DNA of 64,000 nucleotides from Octopus bimaculoides (lineage: Eukaryota): NCBI RefSeq assembly GCF_001194135.2, contig NC_068997.1, forward strand, positions 37,850,984 through 37,914,983, given 5' to 3'. The notes under the pieces were generated by a model. The model was not told the origin of the DNA. It did not search any database and saw only the letters and a list, made by a program, of their open reading frames with translations. Positions 1 to 12,460 of the stretch are shown here, in pieces (position 1 is the first letter of the stretch; every line of letters begins with the position of its first letter). The position numbers were made by a program, and so were the translations under genes.

Positions 1-46
1 ATAGTATGAATGCGGAGTCTAAAGCAGGGCGTGCGTGAGCGTGTAT

Positions 47-199
47 ATATGTTAAATAAAATAAGACAACAAGGCCAAGGCAATGTGATATTTCTGGGAC
101 ATTTACAAGACCAACAACTGTAATACCACCTTTCTCTTTATAAATATCCTAGAAATATCACATTGCTTTGGCCTTGTTATCTTATTTTATTTAACATAT
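47..199. repeat. Inverted repeat (foldback), 59-bp arms, 35-nt loop
   Basis: 47-105 is the reverse complement of 141-199 with 4 differences (atatgttaaataaaataagacaacaaggccaaggcaatgtgatatttctggga vs tcctagaaatatcacattgctttggccttgttatcttattttatttaacatat). Confidence 0.9.
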
Positions 200-242
200 G
201 TATGTATGTAAGAATGTTTGTAGGTATGTATACGTGTATATA

Positions 243-1307
243 CAAGGTATATTTCAGAAGTTTTGAGACTTTTCAGAAGAGACAACTATTAATTTCAAAA
301 AAGTACAAGACGTTAATCTCCAACTGAGCAGGATCCTCTAACTTCAATGCACTTGTAGCGCTCCAGCCACTTCCTGAAGGCTCCATGGAAGTCTTCCATT
401 GTGAAGGTGTCTAGGACTCATGTCACAGCATCCTTCATTGTATCATCGTATCAATTTGGTAACCAAATAATTGGTTACCAAAATTGAATTGTGAATTGGT
501 GTATTGTCCTGGTGCAGGTGTCACCAGCCCGTGAGGAAGAGCGCTGACCTTTTGCAATGAAATCTCTTCATGATCTCCTTCAAAACCCCCACAAAGTACT
601 TTTTGTTGATCACCTGGCCAGGAAATCTCAGCGGATGTAGAAATTCCCTTGTTGTCGAAAAGGGATCATCGTGAGCTTCCAGGTGCTTTGCTTAGCCTAT
701 AGGTCTGGGGGAGCCAGAACGCTTCCATTGGAGATTGTGTCTCTTGGTCTATGGATCATAACAATTGATCTAGTTTTCGTCAAAGGTCATCAGAAACTCA
801 AGTTCTCTTGGATTTCAGGTAATGTGCTCAACTATTTCTCTTCTGTCCCTAACGAGTCTTTCCGTCTCTTCGTCACTGAGCACTCTATGATCAAACAAAT
901 TTTGTGTATGTTCAGATCTTCTTGAATTATTCTGTGTACAGGTAACATATCAATTCCAAACTGTATGACTTTTGTCTTTGTAGGCCTCACCCAGATGTTC
1001 TGACGTCACGTTCTCCCACACATCTCATCTCTATCGTCCTTGGATCTCTCTTGAGCCAGTGAAAAACTGATGCGTGGGTCATACAAGTTAATCTATAAAC
1101 AGTCTGTTACTTCCAGATAGATTTTACGTCCCGAAAGCATTCTGCTAACTAGTCAGCTATGTAAAACAGTATTTAGTAGGGTGTGTTCAAAGTTACACCC
1201 CATTCTTTCAATCTGGCATAGCAAAGGCTGACATGTCATCTTATTGTAAGGATATACTTTGACTGCCTCTCCTAAACAGTTTCAAAACTTCCGGAATGCA
1301 CTTCGTG
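243..1307 (-). mobile_element. Degenerate mariner (DD34D-type) DNA transposon
   Basis: Minus-strand remnants LHQDNTP and C-terminal FHGAFRKWLERYKCIEVRG. Imperfect TIRs (caaggtatatttcagaagttttgagact / rc cgaagtgcattccggaagttttgaaact) with flanking TA. Confidence 0.75.
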
Positions 1308-1455
1308 TATATGTATGTTTATCAGACAGTACAAATATTAACACTCCGACTTATAGTTCAAGTTTAAATGTGAAACAATGAAGAAACAAAATTTGGTTCT
1401 ACATTCCATGAAGCTGAAACTTTTCGAAAATATGTTTCACTTGGAGCATTTTACT

Positions 1456-1567
1456 ATGAGAATACTGCCCATGATGAGATGTAAAATATGTATGTGTGTT
1501 TGAGGGTATAAATGAGAATACTGCCCATGATGAGCTGTAAAATATGTATGTGTGTTTGAGGGTATAA
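1456..1567. repeat. Direct tandem duplication, 2 x 56 bp
   Basis: atgagaatactgcccatgatgag(a/c)tgtaaaatatgtatgtgtgtttgagggtataa occurs twice in tandem. Confidence 0.9.
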
Positions 1568-1656
1568 ATTCGCGTGTGTTTATAAGTATAAATGCACGTA
1601 TGTTTGTGGGTATCGTTGCTCGCTTATGCTGCATATTTGTGTGTGCATAGGAGGGG

Positions 1657-1657
1657 A

Positions 1658-1743
<86 letters not shown>

Positions 1744-1770
1744 ACAGAGAGACAATTGGAGAGAGAGAGA
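1657..1770. repeat. (GA)n microsatellite
   Basis: Visible GA dinucleotide run. Confidence 0.95.
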
Positions 1771-2140
1771 AAGATATAAGTGGAGATCTTATGCCAGTAA
1801 AGCTATCAGTTTTCCACTATCACATTGCTTGAATCTTCCTCGTTTTGTCTAAAGAGCACTCTCGGATCCGGGTTTCACTTTGTTCACGCATAATGCCAGG
1901 ATGATTTCGAATATGTGAGTAAATTTTGGAAAACATTCGTTCATAAATGATAACGGTGATTCGACAAAAACCAAATATCAATACTTATACATATAGTTTT
2001 AAAATAAAATAAAATACAAATATAAATCAATGATCGTCATTCAGAAAAGGTTCGACGATTCCAATACTGCTTGCGTGCAGAGGGTTTCAACCTCATGCTC
2101 AAGACGCTTCAGTTCTTCAGCTAATATATACATACATACA

Positions 2141-2194
2141 GGCATTATAGTAAGGCATTATAGTAAGGTATTATAGTAAGGTATTATAGTAAGG
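2141..2194. repeat. 13-bp tandem repeat, about 4 copies
   Basis: gg(c/t)attatagtaa repeated four times. Confidence 0.9.
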
Positions 2195-2322
2195 TTGCAA
2201 TTTAAACGGTTACTAAGCGATACATTAGAAGCATGTGTAGGTCTATTTGAAGTTGTATGTATACAAAAAGGAATTAAAGGTAATGTTAATGCTACTTCTT
2301 AATAATCATTATTATTATTATT

Positions 2323-2788
2323 GAGTGAGAAAGCAGTGCATGCCATCAAAGTGACACTAGGGTAAAATATACGAAGTCCAATATACTCATCATGACTACC
2401 CATCTGATAACGGTACACCAGGCCCATGCATCACAGCTATATATGCGTGACATGGTAATCACATATATTCAGATCGAGTAGCTCATCCCACTCAAAAGGT
2501 CCCCGTATAAGTGTTGTTTAAGGATGTTGAACGAAGTGCCCATGTTCCCGGAGTTGAATCATTCGAACCCCAAAGAATTCCTCTCAACAAATGGATATGA
2601 TATCCCCCTACTACTTCTGATCAGATGCACATATCATGCTCAACTTGTTAAAGTCAAACAACTGACATGCAAATCGGTGGTAGTGAGCAGAATATTTGCT
2701 TTAGCCCATGTTTAATACCAAGACAAAACAATGTACGTGGTAACACTTACAATCAGTTAAGATCAGAAGCCATGAGAGCCACTGCCTG

Positions 2789-2791
<3 letters not shown>
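2323..2791 (-). mobile_element. Non-coding (AAT)n-flanked interspersed element, copy 1
   Basis: Reverse complement of 63254-63797 (shared ccaggcagtggctctcatggc ... gtgtcactttgatggcatgc). (TTA)n on both sides. Confidence 0.85.

Positions 2792-2861
<70 letters not shown>
2790..2861. repeat. (TTA)n microsatellite
   Basis: Pure trinucleotide run between the non-coding element and the 3' end of an R4 copy. Confidence 0.95.
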
Positions 2862-2862
<1 letters not shown>

Positions 2863-4995
2863 TACTCTTAAACTGCATGTTTGTTACAGTCATTCGCCGA
2901 GACACAGCCAGTGTCCTACTGTGAGTGAAGGAGAAGAGATATTACAGTATGACTGAAAGCTTGGGGAGTGCAAGTGACAGGGACAGTAGCGAAATATCTT
3001 CATGTAATACAACATACATTTAAATTGATAGGGTTTTTCTAAGGTTGTGGGCAGTTCTTGTCAGCACAATCTATTGGATTTCTCTGAGATACGGTTCTCC
3101 TGGGATATTATCTAGACGTTTCTGACATCCATTTCTTATCATAAATAGGCCACCCACAATAACAGGAACAGTTCTCCCTTTCAGATGCCACATCTTTTGC
3201 ATTTCAATTTCTGGGTCCTTACATTTAAGTATTAAATTGTCAAATTCCTTTACAGATATATTTTTATCAGTGAGAACACTTACATCTATTAGTCTACAAG
3301 TATTTTGTTCTCTGTCTTTATATCCTGGATCGTTCTGTCGGTGTTGACTGGAAAATTCAAAGGATATTGACATTTTTACCTTCAACTATTGGCTCAGGAT
3401 GGTGTTCATACCTGTAAGCAGGAGTGATGATTTTGTAGTGTTTACATATTTTCCAATGTAAATACTGCCCTACCCTATCGTGGTGATTTTTGTATTCGTT
3501 TGGTGTCAGCACAGGACATCTCGAAACGAGATGGTCTATTGTTACATCAAATTTATCGCAGAATCTGCATTTAGGGTCAGAATCGTTTTGAAGAACGTTA
3601 GCCTGGTAGCTTTGTTCTTGTGCCGCCAATATGAAACCTTCAGTCTCTGCTTTCAGTCCTGAGCTTCTCAGCCACTAATGGGTTGTTACTTGGTCTACAT
3701 CAGCATTTTAGCTTCGAAGTATATACTGTCGATGCAGAGGCTTCTGGCTTCACCGCTCTTCAATTTGTTTCTGCTCTTTCTTTCTGGCAGTCTGTTTGAT
3801 CCATTTTGCTTGTTTAGTGGCAGTGGTTTCAGGTTCTTCATCTAATTCAGGGTTAAATGCAAGTTCCCTTGCGAATTTGTAAGCTTGTTTGACAATAGAA
3901 TGTTATTTCTTGCTGCTTTCATGTTTGCATACAAGTCGAAGCATCCAGTCCTCTGTACTACGTAAGTACTTGCCCATTGCTATCGTGGAGGTCTTATAGC
4001 ACAGTTCTACCTGAATCATTCCCCTTCCCCCACTATTTCTAGGTAGGTGCAGACGATCAACGTCTGTGTTTGGGTAGTGCATGTTCTTAGATGTTAGTAG
4101 TTTTCTTGTCTTCCTGTCCAGGCGTTGGAGCTCTGTTAATCCCAGTTAATGATGTTAAAATTGTATTGGACTACTGAAAGTGCCAGGGTGTTCATGGCTT
4201 CGAAACGATTTTTGGAGTTTAGTTCAGCTTTTAGTATGAGTCATTTTCTTCTGTAATACTCCTTTCGTATTTTTTCTTTCATAGTAGCATTTTGTATACC
4301 GTCTCCTTTGTTTATACTCAGATATTTATAGCTTCCTTGTGGGTAACGCTCCTTGATTGTAGTGTCGGTATCTAATTTAATGGAAACTGTTTGTTTGAGC
4401 TTTCTTCTTACAAAAGTTGCTTTAGCACACTTATCAAGGCCAAAATCCATCCCGATGTCATTGTTGAACTCTTTAACAGTTGTTAACAGCCCTACTAGCC
4501 TTTTGTCATTCCTAGCAAACAGCTTCAGACCGTCCATATAAAACAGATGATTTATTATAATATTATACATTTCGAACCCATACCTGGTGTTACTCAGTTC
4601 GTTTGAGATTGGGATTAGTACCATACAAAGGAGTAGTGGGGAGAGAGAGTCCCTTTGAAAGATGTCTCGTTTGATACTGATTGGCTCATCCTATCACTAT
4701 GGTTTAGGAGACGTATATTCCACTTGGCCATACTACCTTGTAAACGTTTGGAGACTACAGGAGAGATCATGTATATCAAAAGGGCCTCAAAGAGCCAATT
4801 ATGTGGGACACTATCAAACGCTTTCCTGTAGTCTATCAGGTTCTTGATGCTCCGGCAATTCTCTACAACCATTTTATTTATGAGTAATTGGAGTAATTGG
4901 ACTTTGCATCCATAATAAGTCCTTTTACAACCTTTTTGAGCCTGTGGCAGGACAGCGCTCTGTTCCAGGAAAGTGTGTATTCTTTCAGTTAGTAT
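2862..4995 (-). mobile_element. 5'-truncated R4/Dong-clade non-LTR retrotransposon (RT + RLE), copy A, frameshifted
   Basis: Minus-strand fragments IDYRKAFDSVPHNW, NHLFYMDGLKLFA, CRFCDKFDVTIDHLVSRCP (CCHC knuckle), RHNHDRVGQYLHWKIC-like segment (HHDRVGQYLHWKIC), LIDVSV and TVPVIVGGL. The 3' end runs into (AAT)n. Confidence 0.9.
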
Positions 4996-5014
4996 GGATG
5001 TGAGGATAATATTA

Positions 5015-5385
5015 TTATGACCACTTCCTCGGCGAAGGCGGAGATATTGTTTTTAGTCGTTTGTTTGTTTGTTTGTGGACAAGATATCTCAAGCACTGCT
5101 AGATGGATTCGGATGAAACTTTCAAATTATGTTTGGCCTTGTGACTGGCATGAACTGATAAGATTTTGGAATCTATCCGGTACCGGAAAGAGATTCTGGA
5201 TAATTTTTCCTGTTTTTTTACTTAATTTTTGAAAGCGGTCGGGTTCATTTTTAGTATTTTCGTTTGTGAGAGTAGTCAAGTTTATTCCAGATATTCTCAT
5301 TTTAAAAATCACCTCCGGCTAATCGTTGATACAACGTTGTTGTTGCTTTGGCAGAGGTTTGTGATCCCTGAGTGTTCTTCTTCTT
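5015..5385 (+). mobile_element. HINE/DINE-1-like (Helentron-associated) non-autonomous element
   Basis: 5' cctcggcgaaggcggag palindrome, then a (gttt)n core and agatggattcggatgaaact. 3' ctttggcagaggtttgtgatccctgagtg is a sub-terminal inverted match to the 5' motif. This is the architecture of HINE-type repeats. Confidence 0.55.
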
Positions 5386-5389
5386 ATCA

Positions 5390-8300
5390 TTATTCCTTCG
5401 TAACACAGTGTAGGTAAAAATGCACCGGAATCTTTAGTCATCTGTCAAGTTACAAGGACCTCAGACATAATACTTTCCTTAAGATGTGCGCTGTGCCCAA
5501 TAAGGCTACTTTTGCAAAACCATCAATTTTGCATGGGATTTCCAGTTGCCTTAATAAGTCTTGAAGTTTCAACGCTCTGATCACTACTGGTATCACTTTT
5601 ACATTACCCTCTCGCATTCCATGCAGTCTCGCCATTTCCACTTTCAAATCGAAGTACTTGGTGATTTTTTTCAACCTCTTTACTCATGTATGGCTACATG
5701 AATGATCTGACAGTATTTGTCTCTCTTATTCAATATGACAACATCCAGCCGACAGTTTTCTATTATGCAACCTGTCTGAAGATCATAGTCCCAGAATATC
5801 GTTACTTTCGCATCCTCCTACATAACTTTATTTGGTACATGCTTATACCAGTTCTCTGTTACTTCATACTGGTATTTACGGGGCATAAAAGCCAATGAAG
5901 ATACACACGCACTTTATCATGGCGGCGCTTGTATTTCTTTTTTTTTTGCAAGGCTCTCACATTCAGTTACCAAGTGGGTCACATTTTCCACTCTCTTTCC
6001 AGAGTCTACATTTCTGGCTGCCAGAAGTTTTATAGGTGTTATACTTCACTGAGTTTGTAGCGAGAGCCTGGTCTTGTGCAGCAATGATCAGGCTTTCGGT
6101 GTTACGCTTCAAATCACCATGCCCACGATGCTGTATTATCCTTAACGTCCTGTGTATTCCTTTCAAACTGTCCATGCATTCTCATTTCAAGAAGGTCATC
6201 TTTTCTATTCTTCTCAGCTGTTCGGTTAAACTCTTCCTTGCCCACCATTTCATCTGCATTTACACACATATCTTTCGCGGCATATTTCAGTAGGTCTTCA
6301 TCACTATTTATCAAATACTCGGCAAGCGTTCTCCTTTTACTCCTTATACAATAGTCTATACTAATTAGTCGTCTGCCACCATTCTTTCTTTTCATATACA
6401 GTTTTTACGTTTGCTTTAGGGTGTAGCGCCCCATGCAGCGTCATCAACTTTCTCGTCCTTCTATCCAGTGATGGAATTTTCTCCTTAGTCCATCTGAGGA
6501 TGGACGCACTATATCTGGCCACCGCAATTGCCCACAAATTCATTGCGGTAATCAAATCTTTGGTATTCAGGTTGATTTCAACACCATCTTCACCCATTTT
6601 TGATACGCCTCGCTGATCTTGACTTTCATTTCTTTGTGTAGAATGTCATCCAGTTCTAAAATCCCTAAATATCTATACCCACTACTGTCGGGTTCAACCA
6701 TGGTCTCTCCTGATGGTAACTGAAATCCTCTGCAGAATGCATTCTTCTCTAATTTCATATTAAGTACTGAGAATTTTGTAACCCCATATTTCACACCGAT
6801 GTCCCTACCACACTTCTGGAATGTTTTGGTTAAGGGATCTATCTGTTTTTCAAATTTTCCAAACAATTTAAGGTCATCCATAAACAGAAGATGGTTCAAT
6901 GATGGGCTTTTCTTCCCACATCGGTAACCTATCTGAACTTTCCTAAGTGTCATTGTTATGGGTATTAGTGCAATTACAAATAGGAACGGAGGAAACAAGT
7001 CACCTTGGAAGATTCCCCTATTAATATTAACTTCTCCAAGGAATACATTCCTTGAGTACAATTTGGTTTTCACTCTTATATGCTATGCATCAGAAAATTT
7101 GTGATGTTGTCAGCAACACCAAACATCACTAAACATATTCAACGATCCAAGAATGAAGCATCATATCATATGGTTTCTTAAAGTCAGTCTAAGCAATAGA
7201 CATGTTTGTATGATGTTTTTTACAATGCCTCAAAACTGTTTTATCGATGACCAGGTGATCCTTGGTACACTAAGTAATCTTCCTACATCCTTTTTGTTTC
7301 CTTTGTAGTATTTCTTCCTGTGCCAGGAAAGTGTATGTCTGCCGCACACATTCCAGTGAGTATCTTTCAGATTATATTTAGGCATGCTACGGTAGTTTCC
7401 CATAATATTCCCCTTTCTTTTATCTTTCATTATAAGTGTTGTCTTCTCAGTCACCATCCACGCGGGAACTGTACCTTTCTGGACACACTCATTCAATTGG
7501 GCTGCTAGTCTTTCATGCACCGCGTGGCATCTCTTCATCCAGAAGCCATGAATCCCATCTGGTCCGGGGGCTTTCTTGTCAGATACTTGTTAGATACCCA
7601 CTTGTTTTTTCACGTTACCCGTGCTTATGACAAGATTCCTTTGTTTCTTTCCTCCTTGTAATTCTGTCTGGAGAGTTCCTATCCATATTGCATCCCTTTT
7701 ATGTACCACATTATTTCCCCATCATCCGCTCCACAACTCTTTGACTTCATTTGCATCAGGAGCAACATTTTCCTCATTGTCACCTTCTAACGTTCGGAAG
7801 AATTGCTTCGGGTTATTTTGAACAATCTATTCTCGAACTGCTTATTTCTGTTCACAAATCTTTTGATCTTCTGGATTTTTGCCATGATCCTCTTTTTTAA
7901 CTGCTCTATTACTGCATCAAACCAGTTCTTCTGTATTTTATATTTCTTCTCTAATTTTTCTCGGTCGGTATTGTACCCATTTTTCCAGTTTCCTCTTAAC
8001 AATTGCTCAATTTTTCCTAGATCTTGCTTTGCCCACATTATGTCCCTTTCAATGCGTCGTTTCCACCATGGTTCTTTTGCTCCATCATTTTTTGTTATTT
8101 TAATTTGTAATTTCTCCTCAACAAGTACCGCAGTAGCTCGAAGAAGATTCCTTGTTTGTGTTATGTCCTCCGTCTGGATGTATGGTATAACAGTATTTAT
8201 CTTTCGTGTTACTTTATTTATCATACTCCTATCTACCCATCCCATATTCCTGGGAACTTTTTTCTTCTGGGGCATTCATCAAGTCAGCAAGACGTCTTTG

Positions 8301-8930
8301 AATTTCAAGCAATTCATTATCTAGTTGGTTCATTTTCCCTGCATGTCCACCCACCGCAGTATCGGGGTTTACTGTATAATGTTCCTGTTCCTCATCCTTA
8401 CCAGTCCCATTGCCTGTTCCTTCTGTCTACTCTTCTCTCTGTTTTCAACTCCTACATCTTTGTTTTCAACTCCGACCATCCTTTGTAGCCCATCTGCAGG
8501 GTCTCTCAGACTCTCAGTAATCCGAGATAGTTCTACTCCAGTTAAGTAACCCTTCCTCTTAATCACTTTCACTTGGTTCATTAATTTATTTTACGACATT
8601 GGTCACATGTCCTTTTCCATCCAAAATTTCAAGGTACGTCGGCCTATGCCGCGACTTCTTTTCAGCTTTGCTCTTTCATGACATTCGATAAGTGTATCGT
8701 ACACTTCCTACGTCCATTTACGTCTGTTTTTGCGCATACATTGTATGTGATCTGCTGTGACATAACGACCGACCGAGGCCAGATCACTGCCCCTGATGCG
8801 GGCGGTTTCGGACTGCCGGGCGGGAAACCTTCACCTTGATCGGCTATAGCTTCATTCTCGCCGTTAATTCTTTCCTTGTCGAGTTGCATCATGATTTCAT
8901 GAGTCGTTCGTGGGGTTCCCACGAGAGTTG
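5390..8930 (-). mobile_element. Near-full-length R4/Dong-clade retrotransposon, copy B, pseudogenised
   Basis: Fragments in order: N-terminal LMNQVKVIKRKGYLT, KEPWWKRRIERDI, RT INRGIFQGDLFPPFLF and LNHLLFMDDLKLFG, KRKNGGRRLISI, IIAAQDQALATN, KITKYFDLKVEM, C-terminal KVALLGTAHILRKVL. Confidence 0.92.
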
Positions 8931-8985
8931 TTATTGAAATCCCATCTTTCTCTTTCCCTCTTTATTTGTATATACTCGTTCACAT

Positions 8986-9020
<35 letters not shown>

Positions 9021-9199
9021 AACACACATACACAATATATACATATATATATATATATANNNNNNNNNNCAAACACACATACACAATATATACATATATA
9101 TATATATATATATAACGTGCTTGCATTGTGTCGCCTCCATAACTACAGTGATTATCATTACCACCATCGTTCTACCTATAGCATTTAAAATTATCAATA

Positions 9200-9420
9200 A
9201 TAATATGGGTCCCGGTATATTGCAGCAGATCTTCGTCTCTATTTACCAAATACTCGGCCAGCGTTCTCCTTTCACTCATTCTAGAATGGTCTATAATAAT
9301 CAGTCCTCTGCCACCATTCTTTCTTTTCATACACAGTCTGTTTACGTTTACAGTTAACACTTAGTACTATCTTTTGCGCTCCCTGCATGAATGGTAATCC
9401 ATGGGGTCATTCTCAGCTAA
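9200..9420 (-). mobile_element. R4/Dong fragment, same family as copy B
   Basis: ORF 9172-9360 (CMKRKNGGRGLIIIDHSRMSERRTLAEYLVNRDEDLLQY) is homologous to 6114-6395. Confidence 0.8.
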
Positions 9421-9581
9421 TTTTTAGTTCCTTTACTGGTGATTTCAAGTGGTCCTACAATCATTGGTTTGTAACTGTCTTGAGAGTAGGAGAAAGAAAA
9501 GTAGCTTAGTGAATAGACCAAATTCTATAGGTCTGTAAATACATTCGATAGATGGTAAGATCAGCAGTAGGCATATATATG

Positions 9582-9628
<47 letters not shown>

Positions 9629-10087
9629 CTGAACCAAATCCTCGTGTTGTTTTTTCTTGTCTTTTTTCTCCGTTTTTAAAATTATATATATTTATATAAA
9701 TATGAATAATATATATATGTATATATATGTAAATATGTCTCACTCTCCCTCCCCCTTTTTTCTTACTCTCGTTGGTCACACGTGACCATATACATATTAT
9801 TTATATTATTATTTAATTGAACNNNNNNNNNNNNNNNNNNNNNNNNNNNNNNNNNNNNNNNNNNNNNNNNNNNNNNNNNNNNNNNNNNNNNNNNNNNNNN
9901 NNNNNNNNNNNNNNNNNNNNNNNNNNNNNNNNNNNNNNNNNNNNNNNNNNNNNNNNNNNNNNNNNNNNNNNNNNNNNNNNNNNNNNNNNNNNNNNNNNNN
10001 NNNNNNNNNNNNNNNNNNNNNNNNNNNNNNNNNNNNNNNNNNNNNNNNNNNNNNNNNNNNNNNNNNNNNNNNNNNNNNNNNNNNNNN

Positions 10088-10156
<69 letters not shown>

Positions 10157-10280
10157 ACATCGTCGTAGTTCGCTTGAATATCGAAGAAGAGTATACGTCG
10201 CAACAACCAACGGCCCACACCTGGCAACATTTGGTGAGTGAATGTATATGTGCGTATGTATGTACGTGTCTATTTATCCG

Positions 10281-10344
<64 letters not shown>

Positions 10345-11439
10345 GACACAAATACACACGTAAACGCACACACACATATATATAGATAGATAGATAATAC
10401 ACACACACACACACACACACACATATAAGAGCATCGTAGTTCGCTTGAAGCGTTGTAATATAGAAGAAGAGTATACGTCGCAACAACCAACGGCCCACAC
10501 CTGGCAACATCTGGAAACTGACTGCTATTACTATTAACATATTGCGGTCATATCATCCAACAAAGGCTGAGTTGCCTACAGCAACAGTTGGAAGCTTGTT
10601 TACATCNNNNNNNNNNNNNNNNNNNNNNNNNNNNNNNNNNNNNNNNNNNNNNNNNNNNNNNNNNNNNNNNNNNNNNNNNNNNNNNNNNNNNNNNNNNNNN
10701 NNNNNNNNNNNNNNNNNNNNNNNNNNNNNNNNNNNNNNNNNNNNNNNNNNNNNNNNNNNNNNNNNNNNNNNNNNNNNNNNNNNNNNNNNNNNNNNNNNNN
10801 NNNNNNNNNNNNNNNNNNNNNNNNNNNNNNNNNNNNNNNNNNNNNNNNNNNNNNNNNNNNNNNNNNNNNNNNNNNNNNNNNNNNNNNNNNNNNNNNNNNN
10901 NNNNNNNNNNNNNNNNNNNNNNNNNNNNNNNNNNNNNNNNNNNNNNNNNNNNNNNNNNNNNNNNNNNNNNNNNNNNNNNNNNNNNNNNNNNNNNNNNNNN
11001 NNNNNNNNNNNNNNNNNNNNNNNNNNNNNNNNNNNNNNNNNNNNNNNNNNNNNNNNNNNNNNNNNNNNNNNATATATATAATGTTATGGGTGGCTAACTC
11101 GTAATTTTACAACCTAAAGGCAAAAATATATACGTCACTAAAGGGAACAGCATCAGTATTGCTAGAAATAAGAATCAAAACAACTCAATAACCAACAAAA
11201 GCATAAGATGACAAGAGAGACATGTTCCCTATGGTCACAGATACAGCCAGAACAACGATGATTTCGCGTTCTGATGCTTAATGCATCTTAACGTTCATCA
11301 GTGGCTTTCACCACGCCTAAGGTTAGACTCATCTCGCCTTGTCAGCTCAGAAGATTTCCGTTGAGATAATACGCTGAATTTAAAAACCGTTAAAGTGAAA
11401 ATTATATTGGATTAAGGAATAATTCATGAGCATTTTTTT

Positions 11440-11830
11440 TAAATTTAAAAATGCATGCATAAATAAAACGCATTGGCAAAATGCTTTATGTTATTTAAAA
11501 GAGAATTTTTTGCTCTACAAGATTACGTGTTTTGAGTTTTTAATTTTATTGACTTTTTTGTATTTTCAGATCATTAAATTAGAACGTCAAGTGGACAAAA
11601 CTGAACATTTTCGACTCCATTTGTTTTTTACATTTAATCGAGGTGTTAAGGCCGCCGAACCTACTTGTGAGATTTGTGCTGCGCATGGATGAGCAATGCC
11701 TCAAATTACCAGACGACATTGATTTTTCGCGCTTCAAAAATGGGAATTTTGAACTCAAGGACGGATCACACTCCCGTTGACCAATTGAGTTCAATGAAGA
11801 GCGATTGAATCAACTTCTTCACGTCAAACG
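11440..11830 (+). mobile_element. Mariner transposase 5' fragment (HTH)
   Basis: EHFRLHLFFTFNRGVKAAEPTCEICAAHG, then FSRFKNGNFELKD and IEFNEERLNQLLH, matching the Mos1-like N-terminus. Confidence 0.75.
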
Positions 11831-11848
11831 ACCAGAGAATTAAGAGAA

Positions 11849-11925
<77 letters not shown>

Positions 11926-12003
11926 GAAAGAGATATATATATATATATAGAGAGAGATATAGAGAGAGAGATAAGGAGAGAGAGATGTGCAAGTGTAACT
12001 ATA

Positions 12004-12032
<29 letters not shown>

Positions 12033-12034
<2 letters not shown>

Positions 12035-12460
12035 TTCTCTTTTACTCTTTTATTCTTTTATTTGTTTCGCTCATTTGACTGCGGCCATGGTGGAGCACTA
12101 ACTTTAGTCGAGAAAATCGACCCCAGGACTTATTCTTTGTAAGCCGAGTACTTATTCTATCGGTTTCTTAAGCCTAACCGCTAAGTTACGGGGACGTAAG
12201 CAAATCAGCGTCGGTTGTCAAACGATGGTGGGGGAACAAACACAGACACAGACACAGACACAGACACACACACATACACACATACGCATATATATATGGC
12301 AGGCTTCTTTCAGTTTCCGTCTATCAAATCCATTCAGAAGGCTTTGGTCGGTCCGAAGTTATAGTAGAAGACACTTGCCCAAGGTGTCACGCAGTGGGAT
12401 TGAACCTGAAACCATGTGGTTGGTAAGCAAGCTACTTACCACACAGCCACTCTTGCGTCT
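12033..12460 (-). mobile_element. tRNA-derived CORE-type SINE (family 1)
   Basis: Head gcaagagtggctgtgtggtaagtagcttg with a box-B-like ggtttcaggttcaatccc, CORE-like accttgggcaagtgtctt, internal (TG)n and a taaaagag tail. Homologous to 27598-28125. Confidence 0.85.

Noticed and set aside
8750-8850. GC-rich structured 5' region of R4 copy B as an HDV-like ribozyme
   Set aside because: It can form hairpins (gccgatca/tgatctggc), but I could not assign a 7-bp P1, a canonical L3, P1.1 or J4/2.
9014-9112. Short duplication around a 10-N gap
   Set aside because: Same assembly-overlap signature.
12400-12460. tRNA genes (also at 15978, 27598, 42900 and 63150)
   Set aside because: These are tRNA-derived SINE heads with no complete cloverleaf, each continuing into a SINE body.
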